A stretch of DNA of 63,892 bases, filler included, from an uncultured Acidimicrobiia bacterium (GTDB lineage Bacteria > Actinomycetota > Acidimicrobiia > Spongiisociales > JAOTWH01), in assembly GCA_964347285.1 (NCBI GenBank). It is 4 parts of 4 records of this genome, joined end to end, with 100 filler letters (N's around TTAATTAATTAA, not from the genome) between each part and the next. Parts side by side here need not be neighbours in the genome. Positions count along the whole stretch, not along the records: positions 1 to 19,625 come from CAYFYE010000046.1; 3 more parts are not named here. The stretch is one strand, 5' to 3'. Position 1 is the stretch's first letter; the number at the start of each line of letters is the position of its first letter. The position numbers and the translations under genes are program-made. Of this stretch, positions 10,568 through 19,725 are shown one piece after another. The notes beneath the pieces were generated by a model that saw only the letters and a program-made list of their open reading frames with translations, did no database searches and was not told the DNA's origin.

Positions 10568-12631
10568 TCAATCCGCCGGGTCAGGGAGCTCGATTTCGTA
10601 GTCGATCACTACCTCATCGCCGCCGCCGTCCGCGACCTCGAGGTCGCCACCGATGCGGGCTCGCTCGATGAAACACAAGCTCTCGGCGTCGTCGGCGCAC
10701 CACACCAGGTTCAGATCTGCCGTAAGACGCCCTTGGCCGGGGGTGAACGTGGCGGGGAACATCACCGGAAACTCGGTACCGGTCAGATCTGCCGTGGCGG
10801 CGTTGAGTGTCACAACCGCTCCATCGATGAGCCACTCCACACTGGAGGGCGCCTCCTCGTTGACTTTGTGGCCGGGGGGCAGGGTGAGAGCAAGGACGAT
10901 GGTTCCTGCGCCGGGGGATACTCGGAAGGCAGGTAGCTCAAAGACGGTCCCCCGGTATTCCCCGTCGCCGCCCGGCTGGAACGCCTCCAGGCCTTTGAGG
11001 ACGAGGGTGGTGGCCTCCTTGGTCTCTACGTCGACGATGCGGACCACGTGGTTGTTGGTGTCGGCCACATAGAGGTGGCTCCCCGCGAAATCTATGCCGC
11101 CGGGCTCGTAGAAGAGGGCATCGGCGCCGTCTCGCCAGCCGGAGTCTTCTCCCAGGAACGTCACCGCCGACTGCGCTTCCGGCTCGACGACCTTGATCTT
11201 GGAGTTGTAGGTGTCGGCAACGAACAGGCGGTCGCCGGCCCAGGCGACCCCGAGCGGATGCTGGAGCCGCACCTCGGTGCCGACGCCGTCGACGTCCCCG
11301 AAATCAAAGAGCCCGTTCTCGGCCCCGACCAGGGTGTCGACCGTGTTGTAGCGGGTGTTGACCCATCGGATCGAACTGGACTCGGAGTCGGCGAAGTAGA
11401 TACGGTCCCCACCGTCGAACGCCAGGCCGCTGGGCTGGGCGAGCTGCGCTTGGCCGGCCGAACCGTCTCGATCGCTCTCGCCGCCGTCGCCGGCGAAGGC
11501 CCCGGCCAGGCCGGTTGCCAGGTCCATCGACCAGATCTGATGGCTGCCTGCCATGGCGATGTAGAGGGTGTCTCCGTTCAGCGCCAGGTCCCACGGGGAA
11601 CGAAGGGGAATGTCGGGGGCCAGCCCTCCCGTCGGGGGATAGCCACCCGGGGCCCCGGTACCGAGAAGAGTGGTGACTTCGCCGTCGGCCAAGTCGATGG
11701 AGCGGATCGTGTGGTTTCCCGTGTCTGCCACATAGAGGGTGGATCGGTCGGGGGAGAGTTCCATACCCTGGGGAGACCTGAAGCGGGCCTCGAGACTGTT
11801 CCCATTCCGGAGCCCTGCCTCGCCGCTCCCATACACCGCCAGCACCTGTCCATCCGGAAGCGCGGCTGCCACGATGCGATGATGATTGGTATCGGCGATG
11901 TAGGCGACGGTCTCGTCGGGGGCCACCTCGACCTTTCCCGGGAACGAGAGCAAGGTTTCTGGGAGGCCCTCGCTCTCCAAGCGCAGGGCCAGCGGGGTGC
12001 GGTCGATCTCGCCTCGGGCGTCGAACTCGGCAACCAGCGACTCGATGACCGGCTGCACCACGTCGTAGACGCCTTCACCGCTTCTGATCCCCACGACATT
12101 GCCGGCCGGATCGATCACGGCCGTGGTCGGCCAGGCGGTGGCGCCCCACAGCTGCCAGGTCTCGAAATTTCGATCGTTCACGACGGCGTGCTCGAGGTCG
12201 TACCGGAGGATCATCTGGCGGATGTTCTCGGTTGCCGATTCGTTGTCGAACTTGGCGGAATGGACCCCGATGACCACCAATTCGTCGGGGTACTCGGCCT
12301 CGAGCTGCTTCAGGTCGGGGATGACGTGGATGCAGTTGATGCATCCGTAGGTCCAGAAGTCCAAGATGACGACCTTGCCCCGGAGATCGCCGATGGTGAG
12401 GGGCCGACCCCCCGTATTGAGCCAGTCCAGGCCCTCGGGAAACTCGGGAGCGGCCACGGTCCCCGCGAAAGATTCCCCCTCGGCTGATCCCGGCTCGGCA
12501 GCTCCGTTTGGTCCGGCGGCGGCAGGTCCGTCGGGGCCAGAAGGCGACGGGCCGGATTCGCCCTCCGAGGCGCGGGTGCAGGCGGCGCCCAACAGCGCCA
12601 GGGCGGCGACGGCGATTACCAAACGCTTCAC
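10568..12631 (-). CDS. Lipoprotein with thioredoxin-like domain and NHL beta-propeller (NHLRC2/SOQ1-like)
   Basis: Lipobox LLGAAC; DFWTYGCINC, GVHSAKF; repeated YxADTxNH; LQHPLG. Confidence 0.88.
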   Translation of the reverse strand: MKRLVIAVAALALLGAACTRASEGESGPSPSGPDGPAAAGPNGAAEPGSAEGESFAGTVAAPEFPEGLDWLNTGGRPLTIGDLRGKVVILDFWTYGCINCIHVIPDLKQLEAEYPDELVVIGVHSAKFDNESATENIRQMILRYDLEHAVVNDRNFETWQLWGATAWPTTAVIDPAGNVVGIRSGEGVYDVVQPVIESLVAEFDARGEIDRTPLALRLESEGLPETLLSFPGKVEVAPDETVAYIADTNHHRIVAAALPDGQVLAVYGSGEAGLRNGNSLEARFRSPQGMELSPDRSTLYVADTGNHTIRSIDLADGEVTTLLGTGAPGGYPPTGGLAPDIPLRSPWDLALNGDTLYIAMAGSHQIWSMDLATGLAGAFAGDGGESDRDGSAGQAQLAQPSGLAFDGGDRIYFADSESSSIRWVNTRYNTVDTLVGAENGLFDFGDVDGVGTEVRLQHPLGVAWAGDRLFVADTYNSKIKVVEPEAQSAVTFLGEDSGWRDGADALFYEPGGIDFAGSHLYVADTNNHVVRIVDVETKEATTLVLKGLEAFQPGGDGEYRGTVFELPAFRVSPGAGTIVLALTLPPGHKVNEEAPSSVEWLIDGAVVTLNAATADLTGTEFPVMFPATFTPGQGRLTADLNLVWCADDAESLCFIERARIGGDLEVADGGGDEVVIDYEIELPDPAD

Positions 12632-12676
12632 GGAGTCACCCTGTGCAACGCCGCAATCGGCTGCATCGTTCCGCCG

Positions 12677-13465
12677 TCAGCGAGATCGGCGCCGTTGAGG
12701 CTCCTTCACTGCATAGGTGGCCACCGCCAGGCCCATCTCCAGGGCCTTGCCCAAATAGGGCTCGGCACAGTCGGTCGGTAGGGCGGTCCCCGACGGGCAG
12801 TGGCCGAGGCTGACGGTGGCAGCTCCGGCGGCGAGCGCAATTGCCTCGAGATGAGCGGCGAGGTCCGAGACACCTACCACTCGTGACACCACGCCGTCTT
12901 CGAGAATCCCCGTGACCCGGGCCGAAGCAGCCGCCCAATCGCCCTCGACGGGGGCCACCAACCGGCGAGTCGGAACACGGTCGGTGGCGTCGGAGGCTAC
13001 CTCCCGACCCCACAGTGCTCCGACCGGGTTGGGGAAGGGGATCGCCTCACCTCGGCGCAGGGGCCGTCCCGGAACCGTCCAGGCCAAGACCTCCTCGAGG
13101 ACGTGGGAGGTGCGAGCCACCTCATGGGAAGCCAGAGTGGGCGTTATGCCCTCGGCCAATGAGCAGCCGACGAGGAGCGTCGTCACGTGTTCGGCAAAGG
13201 CCTCACCCTGTTCTTGGGCGTCGCTGGTCCAAGTCACGCAGGAGGCCTGTGCCGCCAAAGCGGCCTCCACTGTCGTCGCCGGGTCGGCGGCGTCGGTGAC
13301 CACCACGTCGTAGCCGTCGGGGCTCTCGGCAGGCCGGATTCGGGGGTCCTTGGTTTTGGGCTCGGCTCCGCCGAGAAGGCCCAGCTCGGACAGCCCGGTT
13401 TCGTTGAGGAGGATCAGTCCGGCGCGTCGGCCGACCTCGCTCGTGGCATGGAGGGCGATCCTCAA
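12677..13465 (-). CDS. Hypothetical protein, possible Rossmann-like N-terminus (TTG start 13465)
   Basis: MRIALHATSEVGRRAG...; GC3-biased ORF; TTGA overlap with upstream small ORF. Confidence 0.6.
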   Translation of the reverse strand: MRIALHATSEVGRRAGLILLNETGLSELGLLGGAEPKTKDPRIRPAESPDGYDVVVTDAADPATTVEAALAAQASCVTWTSDAQEQGEAFAEHVTTLLVGCSLAEGITPTLASHEVARTSHVLEEVLAWTVPGRPLRRGEAIPFPNPVGALWGREVASDATDRVPTRRLVAPVEGDWAAASARVTGILEDGVVSRVVGVSDLAAHLEAIALAAGAATVSLGHCPSGTALPTDCAEPYLGKALEMGLAVATYAVKEPQRRRSR

Positions 13466-13587
13466 TGCTCGACCGGCTCCCATGCCCCCTCATGGGCCGG
13501 GGGCGAAACGGGGCGCCTCCGGAAGAACGCCAGGGCGGTGGCCAACGCGGCGAGGATCAGCAGCCCGCGTCGCACCACAGGATCCAT
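13462..13587 (-). CDS. 41-aa single-TM small protein (not in ORF track)
   Basis: MDPVVRRGLLILAALATALAFFRRRPVSPPAHEGAWEPVEH; TACACT 6 nt upstream of ATG; stop overlaps next start. Confidence 0.65.
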   Translation of the reverse strand: MDPVVRRGLLILAALATALAFFRRRPVSPPAHEGAWEPVEH

Positions 13588-13644
13588 GGGCCGAGTGTAG
13601 GGGACAGTCGCCGACACCAGTCGCTAACCTCGGGCGCCCGGCTC

Positions 13645-13765
13645 GATGCCGGGAGGCGCGGTGGTCCCCAAAGAGGGGCGCAAGAGCGAAGTCCGGTTGA
13701 ACTCCGGCGCTGTCCCGCAACTGTGAAGCCCTCGTCAGAGGGACGAGCCAGGTCGCCTGCCATCG
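13645..13765 (+). ncRNA. Cobalamin riboswitch
   Basis: AAGAGCGAA-GTCCGGTTGAACTCCGG-CGCTGTCCCGCAACTGTGA...GAGCCAG; GGGAGGCG/CGCCTGCC closing stem; directly upstream of btuFCD-like genes. Confidence 0.88.
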
Positions 13766-13844
13766 CAGTAGTAGGAGCTCTCGGAGGAAGAGCGGATTAC
13801 CTCGGTGGTCTCGTTGCCTCCGACCGGACGAAAGGATCGAGGCC

Positions 13845-14786
13845 GTCTCTCGCTTCCTCGCCGTTGCGGTCGCGGCGCTATGGCTGGTGGCCTGCAGCCA
13901 GACCACACCGGCGGCGCCGATGGATTCCGGAGAGGCCGGGGAGGAGGGGTTTCCGGTCACCGTGGTCGGCGATGCCGGTCCGGTGACGATCGAGGCCCGG
14001 CCTCGACGAATTGTCTCCCTTTCGGCCACCCACACCGAGATCCTGTACGCGATCGGGGCCGGCGGGCAGGTGGCGGCGACGGATCTCACCTCCAACCACC
14101 CCCCGGAGGCCGACCGCACGCCGAAAGTGGACGCCTTCAACTTCGACGTGGAGGAGGTGGCCGCGCTGGAGCCCGATTTGGTGATTCTCGCCTTCGACTT
14201 CACCGGAGAACTCGAGGCGCTCCGGACTGCCGGCATCCGCGCCCTGCTGTTGGGCCCGCCCGATTCGATCCAGGAGGCCCTCGACCAGATGGTTGCAGTT
14301 GGCACCGCCACCGGATGGAGTGAAGCCGCGTCCGCACTCCAGGAGCGGCTGGCGGACGAGATGGATGCCGTATTTGAAAACGTAGCGGGTGGTGGGCCGC
14401 TGTCCACCGTGTATCACGAGGTGGACGCCAACCTGTTTTCGGCCAACTCGGCCTCGTTCATCGGGAACATCTACGACCGCTTCGGGCTGCAGAACATCGC
14501 CGATCGAGTCACCGATGAGTTTGCCTCCGGGTTCCCTCAGCTGTCCGAGGAGTTCATCCTCGCCTCCGACCCCGACCTGATATTCCTCGCCGATGCTTCT
14601 TTCGGTGAGAGCTTCGAAACGGTGGCGGCTCGGCCCGGCTGGTCGGAGTTGACTGCGGTTCGGGAAGGACGTGTCATCGAGTTGGACGGCGACATTGCCG
14701 GTCGCTGGGGTCCCCGCACGGTGGATCTGGTCCAACTGATCGGGGAGGCGGTGGCCGATCTCCATCGCGACCGGGAGGCGGCGTGA
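13845..14786 (+). CDS. btuF: Cobalamin/siderophore-type ABC substrate-binding lipoprotein (BtuF-like); start uncertain
   Basis: RRIVSLSATHTEILYAIG, EEVAALEPDLV, RWGPR; signal peptide SRFLAVAVAALWLVAC upstream of ORF-track start. Confidence 0.85.
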   Translation, partial: VSRFLAVAVAALWLVACSQTTPAAPMDSGEAGEEGFPVTVVGDAGPVTIEARPRRIVSLSATHTEILYAIGAGGQVAATDLTSNHPPEADRTPKVDAFNFDVEEVAALEPDLVILAFDFTGELEALRTAGIRALLLGPPDSIQEALDQMVAVGTATGWSEAASALQERLADEMDAVFENVAGGGPLSTVYHEVDANLFSANSASFIGNIYDRFGLQNIADRVTDEFASGFPQLSEEFILASDPDLIFLADASFGESFETVAARPGWSELTAVREGRVIELDGDIAGRWGPRTVDLVQLIGEAVADLHRDREAA

Positions 14787-15820
14787 GCGGTTACCGGCCG
14801 AGCCGGCTCCGTCCCACTCTCATCGCCGGGGGTACGTTGGCAGTCGTAGGGGCGCTGGCGTTGGGGGTGTCGATAGGCAGCGTTGCCATCTCTCCCGGGA
14901 AGGTTTTCTTGGAGATCGCCGACCATTTTCCGCTTGTGTCGTTGGATTCGGGCCTCTCCGACCGAGAGGCCGCCATCGTCTGGCAGCTGCGGGTCCCCCG
15001 GGTGGCGCTGGGGGCCCTGGTCGGCGCCATGTTGGCGGCGGCGGGAGGCGCCTATCAGGGGGTATTCCGCAATCCGCTCGCCGACCCGTTCCTGCTGGGC
15101 GTGGCCGCCGGCGCCGGGCTCGGAGCGACTCTCGTGATCGCTGCCGGCTTGGGCGTGAGTGGATTCGCGGTGCCGGCCGCTGCCTTTGGAGGCGGAGTGG
15201 CCGCGGTGGCGTTCACGTACGGGCTGGGAGGGATGGGTCGAGGCACGAGGTCGGCGGCCACGTTGATTCTCGCCGGGGTGGCGGTGGCGGCCTTCTTCAC
15301 GGCCATGCAGACCTTCGTCCTGCAACGGTCGACCGACACCATTCGGGAGGTCTATTCGTGGATTCTCGGCAGGCTGGCGACCGCGGGCTGGAGTGAGGTA
15401 CGGGTGCTATTGCCGTACGTGGCGATGTCGGTTGTGGTGCTGTTGATGGGCCGTCGGGTCCTCGACGTCCTGGCTGTGGGCGAGGAAGAGGCGGCCACGC
15501 TGGGCCTCAATGTGGATCGAGTGAGGCTCGTGATCGTGGCGGCGGCGACCCTGGGGACGGCGGCGGCAGTGGCGGTGAGCGGCTTGATCGGCTTTGTGGG
15601 CATCATCGTGCCCCACGCCGTCAGGTTGGTAGTGGGGAGCAGCTACCGGGTCGTGTTGCCGCTGGCGGTAGCCGGAGGTGCCGCTTTCTTGGTGATGGCC
15701 GATGTTGTGGCACGCACCGCCATCAGTCCGGGAGAGCTCCCGATCGGCGTCGTGACGGCCTTTATCGGAGCTCCGTTCTTCGCGGTCTTGCTGGCCCGGG
15801 CCGGTAGGGCGGAATCATGA
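14783..15820 (+). CDS. btuC: FecCD/BtuC family ABC permease
   Basis: QGVFRNPLADP, GEEEAATLG, GLIGFVGIIVPH, ELPIGVVTA. Confidence 0.92.
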   Translation: MSGYRPSRLRPTLIAGGTLAVVGALALGVSIGSVAISPGKVFLEIADHFPLVSLDSGLSDREAAIVWQLRVPRVALGALVGAMLAAAGGAYQGVFRNPLADPFLLGVAAGAGLGATLVIAAGLGVSGFAVPAAAFGGGVAAVAFTYGLGGMGRGTRSAATLILAGVAVAAFFTAMQTFVLQRSTDTIREVYSWILGRLATAGWSEVRVLLPYVAMSVVVLLMGRRVLDVLAVGEEEAATLGLNVDRVRLVIVAAATLGTAAAVAVSGLIGFVGIIVPHAVRLVVGSSYRVVLPLAVAGGAAFLVMADVVARTAISPGELPIGVVTAFIGAPFFAVLLARAGRAES

Positions 15821-16641
15821 GTGCCATCATCTGTCACGGTCTGGAGGCCGGATACAACGGCCGCCGGGTGCTCCACGATGTCCATCTGGAGGTAGCCGCC
15901 GGCGAGTGGGTGGCGCTGATCGGGCCCAACGGCGCCGGCAAGAGCACGCTCCTCCGGGCCCTGGCCGGGACCTTGCCGGCAGACGGCGACGTCCGGTTGG
16001 GCGGCGCCCCGGTGGGGGCGTTGAGCCGGCGTCAGGTAGCCCGGAGCGTGGCGGTAGTGCCCCAGCAGCCGACGATCCCCGAGGGGATGAGGGTGCGGGA
16101 CTACGTCCTGTTGGGTCGCAATCCGTACCTGCCGTTCTGGGCGGTCGAGAAACCGTCCGACCTGGAACGGGTCCTCGATACGCTCGAGCGCCTCGACCTG
16201 GGCGAGCTGGCCGACAGGCCCTTGCAGCGACTCAGCGGCGGCGAGCTGCAACGGGCTGTGCTGGCCAGGGCACTGGCTCAGGACGCTTCGATTCTGCTCC
16301 TCGACGAGCCCACCTCGTCCCTCGACATCGGCCATCAGCAGCAGGTGCTCGAGTTGGTCGACGGCCTACGGCGCGAGCGGGCCCTGGTAGTGCTGAGCGC
16401 CATTCACGATCTCACTCTGGCCGCCCAGTACCCGGACCGGCTGGTCCTCTTGGACGATGGCCGGGTAGTCGCCGATGGGTCGGCCGAGGAGGTGGTGACG
16501 GTCGACCGGGTCCGGACCCACTTCGGGGCCTCGGTTTCCATTCTGCGGGACGACGAGGACCGTATGGTGGTTGCTCCGCACCGGGGGAGCGGCCCGGTCG
16601 CGGCGGCCCACCGCAGCCGGCCGGAACACGAAATGTCGTAG
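15817..16641 (+). CDS. btuD: ABC ATPase (BtuD/FecE-like)
   Basis: GPNGAGKST, LSGGELQR, LLLDEPT, IHDL. Confidence 0.9.
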   Translation: MSAIICHGLEAGYNGRRVLHDVHLEVAAGEWVALIGPNGAGKSTLLRALAGTLPADGDVRLGGAPVGALSRRQVARSVAVVPQQPTIPEGMRVRDYVLLGRNPYLPFWAVEKPSDLERVLDTLERLDLGELADRPLQRLSGGELQRAVLARALAQDASILLLDEPTSSLDIGHQQQVLELVDGLRRERALVVLSAIHDLTLAAQYPDRLVLLDDGRVVADGSAEEVVTVDRVRTHFGASVSILRDDEDRMVVAPHRGSGPVAAAHRSRPEHEMS

Positions 16642-16654
16642 TTGTGGGGACGTC

Positions 16655-17377
16655 CTAGACCCACGCCTGGAATGCGGCGCCCACTGAGTAGCTGAGGATG
16701 GCGCCTCCCACGCCGATGCCCAAGTTCTCCAGGCCGCTGGTCCAGGGGTTCTTGAGGGTGGCCCGGGTCTTCAGAGCACCGACGAAGAACAAGCCCACGA
16801 GGGCGAGCGCGGCCGCCACCGCCAGGGCCACGCCGGGCCGATCCATGAAGAAGAAGGGCACCACGGAAGGAAGCGATCCCGCCAGAAAGAGAAGGCCGGA
16901 GGCGGTCATGGCCCGGTACGGAGAGCGCCGCTGCTCATCGACGACCCCGAACTCCAGGGCCATCATGACCTTCATGAACGCCTCGTCGTCTCGATCCAGC
17001 TCCTCGACGATTTGCTCGACGACCTTCCCGTCGAGCCCCATGTCGCCGAACATGTCGCGGATCTCATTGCGCTCATGCTCTCGGTGGTATTTGAGGTGTT
17101 CGCGTTCCAGTTCGATTTCACGCTGATAGACCTCGTCCTGGCTCTTGGTGGCGATGTACTCACCGGCGGCCATCGATATGGCCCCGGCCACCGCCCCGGC
17201 CACCGCCGAGAGGAAGACCTGCCGAGACGTGAAACCGGCCCCAACGACGCCGGCGACCAGCAAGAACATCGATACGAGGCCGTCGTTGACGCCGAGAATG
17301 ATGTCTCGCATGTACTGGAACGTGGGACCGAGGTGATCCCGATACGGCGGGGTCGCCTCCTCGCGTACGATGTCCAT
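16655..17377 (-). CDS. VIT1/CCC1 family Fe/Mn transporter
   Basis: RDIILGVNDGLVS, AGAISMAAGEY, Glu-rich loop. Confidence 0.92.
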   Translation of the reverse strand: MDIVREEATPPYRDHLGPTFQYMRDIILGVNDGLVSMFLLVAGVVGAGFTSRQVFLSAVAGAVAGAISMAAGEYIATKSQDEVYQREIELEREHLKYHREHERNEIRDMFGDMGLDGKVVEQIVEELDRDDEAFMKVMMALEFGVVDEQRRSPYRAMTASGLLFLAGSLPSVVPFFFMDRPGVALAVAAALALVGLFFVGALKTRATLKNPWTSGLENLGIGVGGAILSYSVGAAFQAWV

Positions 17378-17474
17378 GGAGCGGGAGTGTAGAGAGCCCA
17401 GACACGGGGCCGCCGAGATCGTCGTCGATCATCCGATTTTGCGCCGAACGGGAAAGGGCAAGGAGGTCAGCAGG

Positions 17475-18536
17475 ATGGCCATCGAGGACGTCGAATCGCT
17501 TCGCCGGCACCTCCAGTGGGCCATGAGCGTCGAGCTGTCACTGGTGCCGGTGTACCTCTACGCCATGTACTCGATCGTCGACGAGCAGTCCGAGCCGTAC
17601 AAGCTGATCCGCAGCGTAGTGGCCGAGGAGATGTTGCACGGCGTTCTAGATGCCAACATGCTCGTCGCCATCGGCGGTGACCCACTCTTCTACGACCGGA
17701 CCAACCTCCCCGACTACCCGGTAGCGATACCCCACCATCGGCCGCCGCTGGTGCTCCAACTGGCACCGATTTCACCGGAAGTCCTCGACCTTTTGGTGAC
17801 GATCGAGAAGCCCAAGGCGATCGGGGCGATCCCCGAGGATGACGACTACGAGACCCAGGGCCAGTTCTACATGGCGATCGAAGAGGCCTTCGATCGGCTC
17901 GACGACGGTCGCCTGTTTGCCGACCCCAGGCCCGAGCGCCAAATGGCCAGCCCCACCTACTACCAGCCGGTCGAGTTCGACGCCGACGACAGCGGGGGAC
18001 TCCACGCGGTCGTGGACGCCGGCTCGGTGCGCAAGGCCATCGAAACGGTCATCCACCAGGGGGAAGGCCTCCACGACGATCTGTGGGCCGACCCCGAGCA
18101 TCGAGAACTCACCCACTATCACAAGTTCCTCCAGATCGCAGAGGGAGAAAGTCCGGTGGGCGACCTGTGGCCGGTGCCGGCCAACCCGAAAGCGGTCGAT
18201 TGTCCCGAGCCCCTACGGCGAGTCGTCGACCTCTTCAACGCCTCGTATGCCTATCTGCTCATCACCCTCGACGAGATCTACCGGCCCCTCGACGACGCGT
18301 CCCGGGACCTACTGGTGCAGCGCCTCTATCGGCTCATGACCGGCGTGCTGAGCCCGCTGGCTCGCTTCTTGGTGTCCCGGCCGGTGGGCGACGGCCGCCA
18401 CGGCGCACCGACCTTCGAGATGTACGAATTCGCCGATCCGGCCGGGGCCCGTGAGGAGCTGTTGGCGCTGGCCGATACGACCGTGGGCGCCTTCCCCGAT
18501 CTCGAGGGTGTCGTCAAGCAGATCTACCAGCCGTAG
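17475..18536 (+). CDS. Ferritin-like domain protein (VioB/RebD-associated type)
   Basis: AMSVEL..VPVYLYAMYS, EEMLH, HQGEG, THYHKF; ATG 17475 after AGGAGG. Confidence 0.8.
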   Translation: MAIEDVESLRRHLQWAMSVELSLVPVYLYAMYSIVDEQSEPYKLIRSVVAEEMLHGVLDANMLVAIGGDPLFYDRTNLPDYPVAIPHHRPPLVLQLAPISPEVLDLLVTIEKPKAIGAIPEDDDYETQGQFYMAIEEAFDRLDDGRLFADPRPERQMASPTYYQPVEFDADDSGGLHAVVDAGSVRKAIETVIHQGEGLHDDLWADPEHRELTHYHKFLQIAEGESPVGDLWPVPANPKAVDCPEPLRRVVDLFNASYAYLLITLDEIYRPLDDASRDLLVQRLYRLMTGVLSPLARFLVSRPVGDGRHGAPTFEMYEFADPAGAREELLALADTTVGAFPDLEGVVKQIYQP

Positions 18537-18540
18537 ACCT

Positions 18541-18747
18541 TCATCCCCACTCGGTGGCTTCCAGGCCCTCGGCGAACTCTTGAAGACGAGCGGTCACCTC
18601 CTCGACCTCGGCCACGAGCCCACTCTCATAGGCGGACCGTTCACCGCTGGTCAGCCCGCCCCACTAGAGGACCAGGGCGTCGACGGCACCTGTGAGCTCG
18701 TCCATCCTGCGCCGGAACTCGCCGTTGTCGGATCCACCTGCGGTCAT
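18541..18747 (-). pseudogene. Small acidic helical ORF interrupted by in-frame TAG
   Basis: GGAGG-caag-ATG; MTAGGSDNGEFRRRMDELTGAVDALVL*WGGLTSGERSAYESGLVAEVEEVTARLQEFAEGLEATEWG; TAG at 18664-18666. Confidence 0.5.
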
Positions 18748-18845
18748 CTTGCCTCCGGGATTGCGTACGGCGGGATCGGTCCCGAGCGGCACTCTATCCG
18801 GTCGTGCCGGTCCGGCGCGAGGGGGCTTCGCCTACACTCCCGGCC

Positions 18846-19286
18846 GTGGCCGAGGTAGCAGCCATTCACGTCGCTGCGGAGAAGGGCTCTCCGGTGACGG
18901 CCGTCGAGCATGTCATCTCCGTGGCCGGGCGCGGCCTCATCGGCGACCGCTACTTCGATCTCCATCCCGATCGTCAGATCACCGTTGTGGCCACCGACGA
19001 GCTCGATGAGGCGGCCGCAGAGCTCGGGTACCCGATTCCTCTCGGATCGACTCGACGCAACGTGACTGTTTCGGGCATTCGGCTGCCCCGGGAGGCAGGC
19101 AGCCGTCTACGCCTCGGAGAAATCGTCGTCGAGGTCCACGACGACTGCGCTCCCTGTGAGGTCATGGAGACGTCGGTGGGGCCGGGAGCGCGTGCCGCGC
19201 TGCCGCAGCGCGCCGGAATCGTGGGGCGCATCATCCAGGGGGGGATGCTCCGCGTGGGAGACCCGGTGAGTCTGGTCGACGCCTGA
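18846..19286 (+). CDS. MOSC domain protein
   Basis: GRGLIGDRY, RQIT, RRNVTVSG, CAPC, GGMLRVGD; TACACT 7 nt before GTG 18846. Confidence 0.88.
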   Translation: MAEVAAIHVAAEKGSPVTAVEHVISVAGRGLIGDRYFDLHPDRQITVVATDELDEAAAELGYPIPLGSTRRNVTVSGIRLPREAGSRLRLGEIVVEVHDDCAPCEVMETSVGPGARAALPQRAGIVGRIIQGGMLRVGDPVSLVDA

Positions 19287-19302
19287 GGGGGCCGGGGCGA
19301 TG

Positions 19303-19625
19303 TCAGCCTGGTTCGGCCGACGTGAACTGAGCCTCGGCGACCCAGCGCACCGTGACCGTGACCGATCGTCCCAGCTCGGTCTCCATCTCTATCGCCAGAC
19401 TCTCGACCGGGGGTGGCTCATTGGCCCCGGCGACTACCACATCCACCGCCGAACGAGACACATCGATCGAGACCACGTCGAGGGATTGGTCACCGATCCA
19501 CTCTGTCACGGCCGCTCCGGCTTCGGACTGATCGAATGCTTGGGAGCGGATCCGCTCGCCACTAACAGCGAGCACGATGACGATGAGCACGGCCAGCGTT
19601 CCCACGAGGGTCGTGCTGGACCGCA
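19303..19625 (-). CDS. C-terminal part of a membrane protein, probably DUF389 family (cut by gap)
   Basis: TM helix followed by VDVVVAG..EPPPVESLA..LGRSVTVTVRW. Confidence 0.55.
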
Positions 19626-19725
19626 NNNNNNNNNNNNNNNNNNNNNNNNNNNNNNNNNNNNNNNNNNNNTTAATTAATTAANNNNNNNNNNNNNNNNNNN
19701 NNNNNNNNNNNNNNNNNNNNNNNNN
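19626..19725. other. Artificial contig linker
   Basis: N-run, TTAATTAATTAA (stops in all six frames), N-run; 100 nt. Confidence 0.97.

Noticed and set aside
19670..19681. TTAATTAATTAA palindrome recurring three times as a biological repeat
   Set aside because: Always centred in N-runs of fixed length; an artificial six-frame-stop linker
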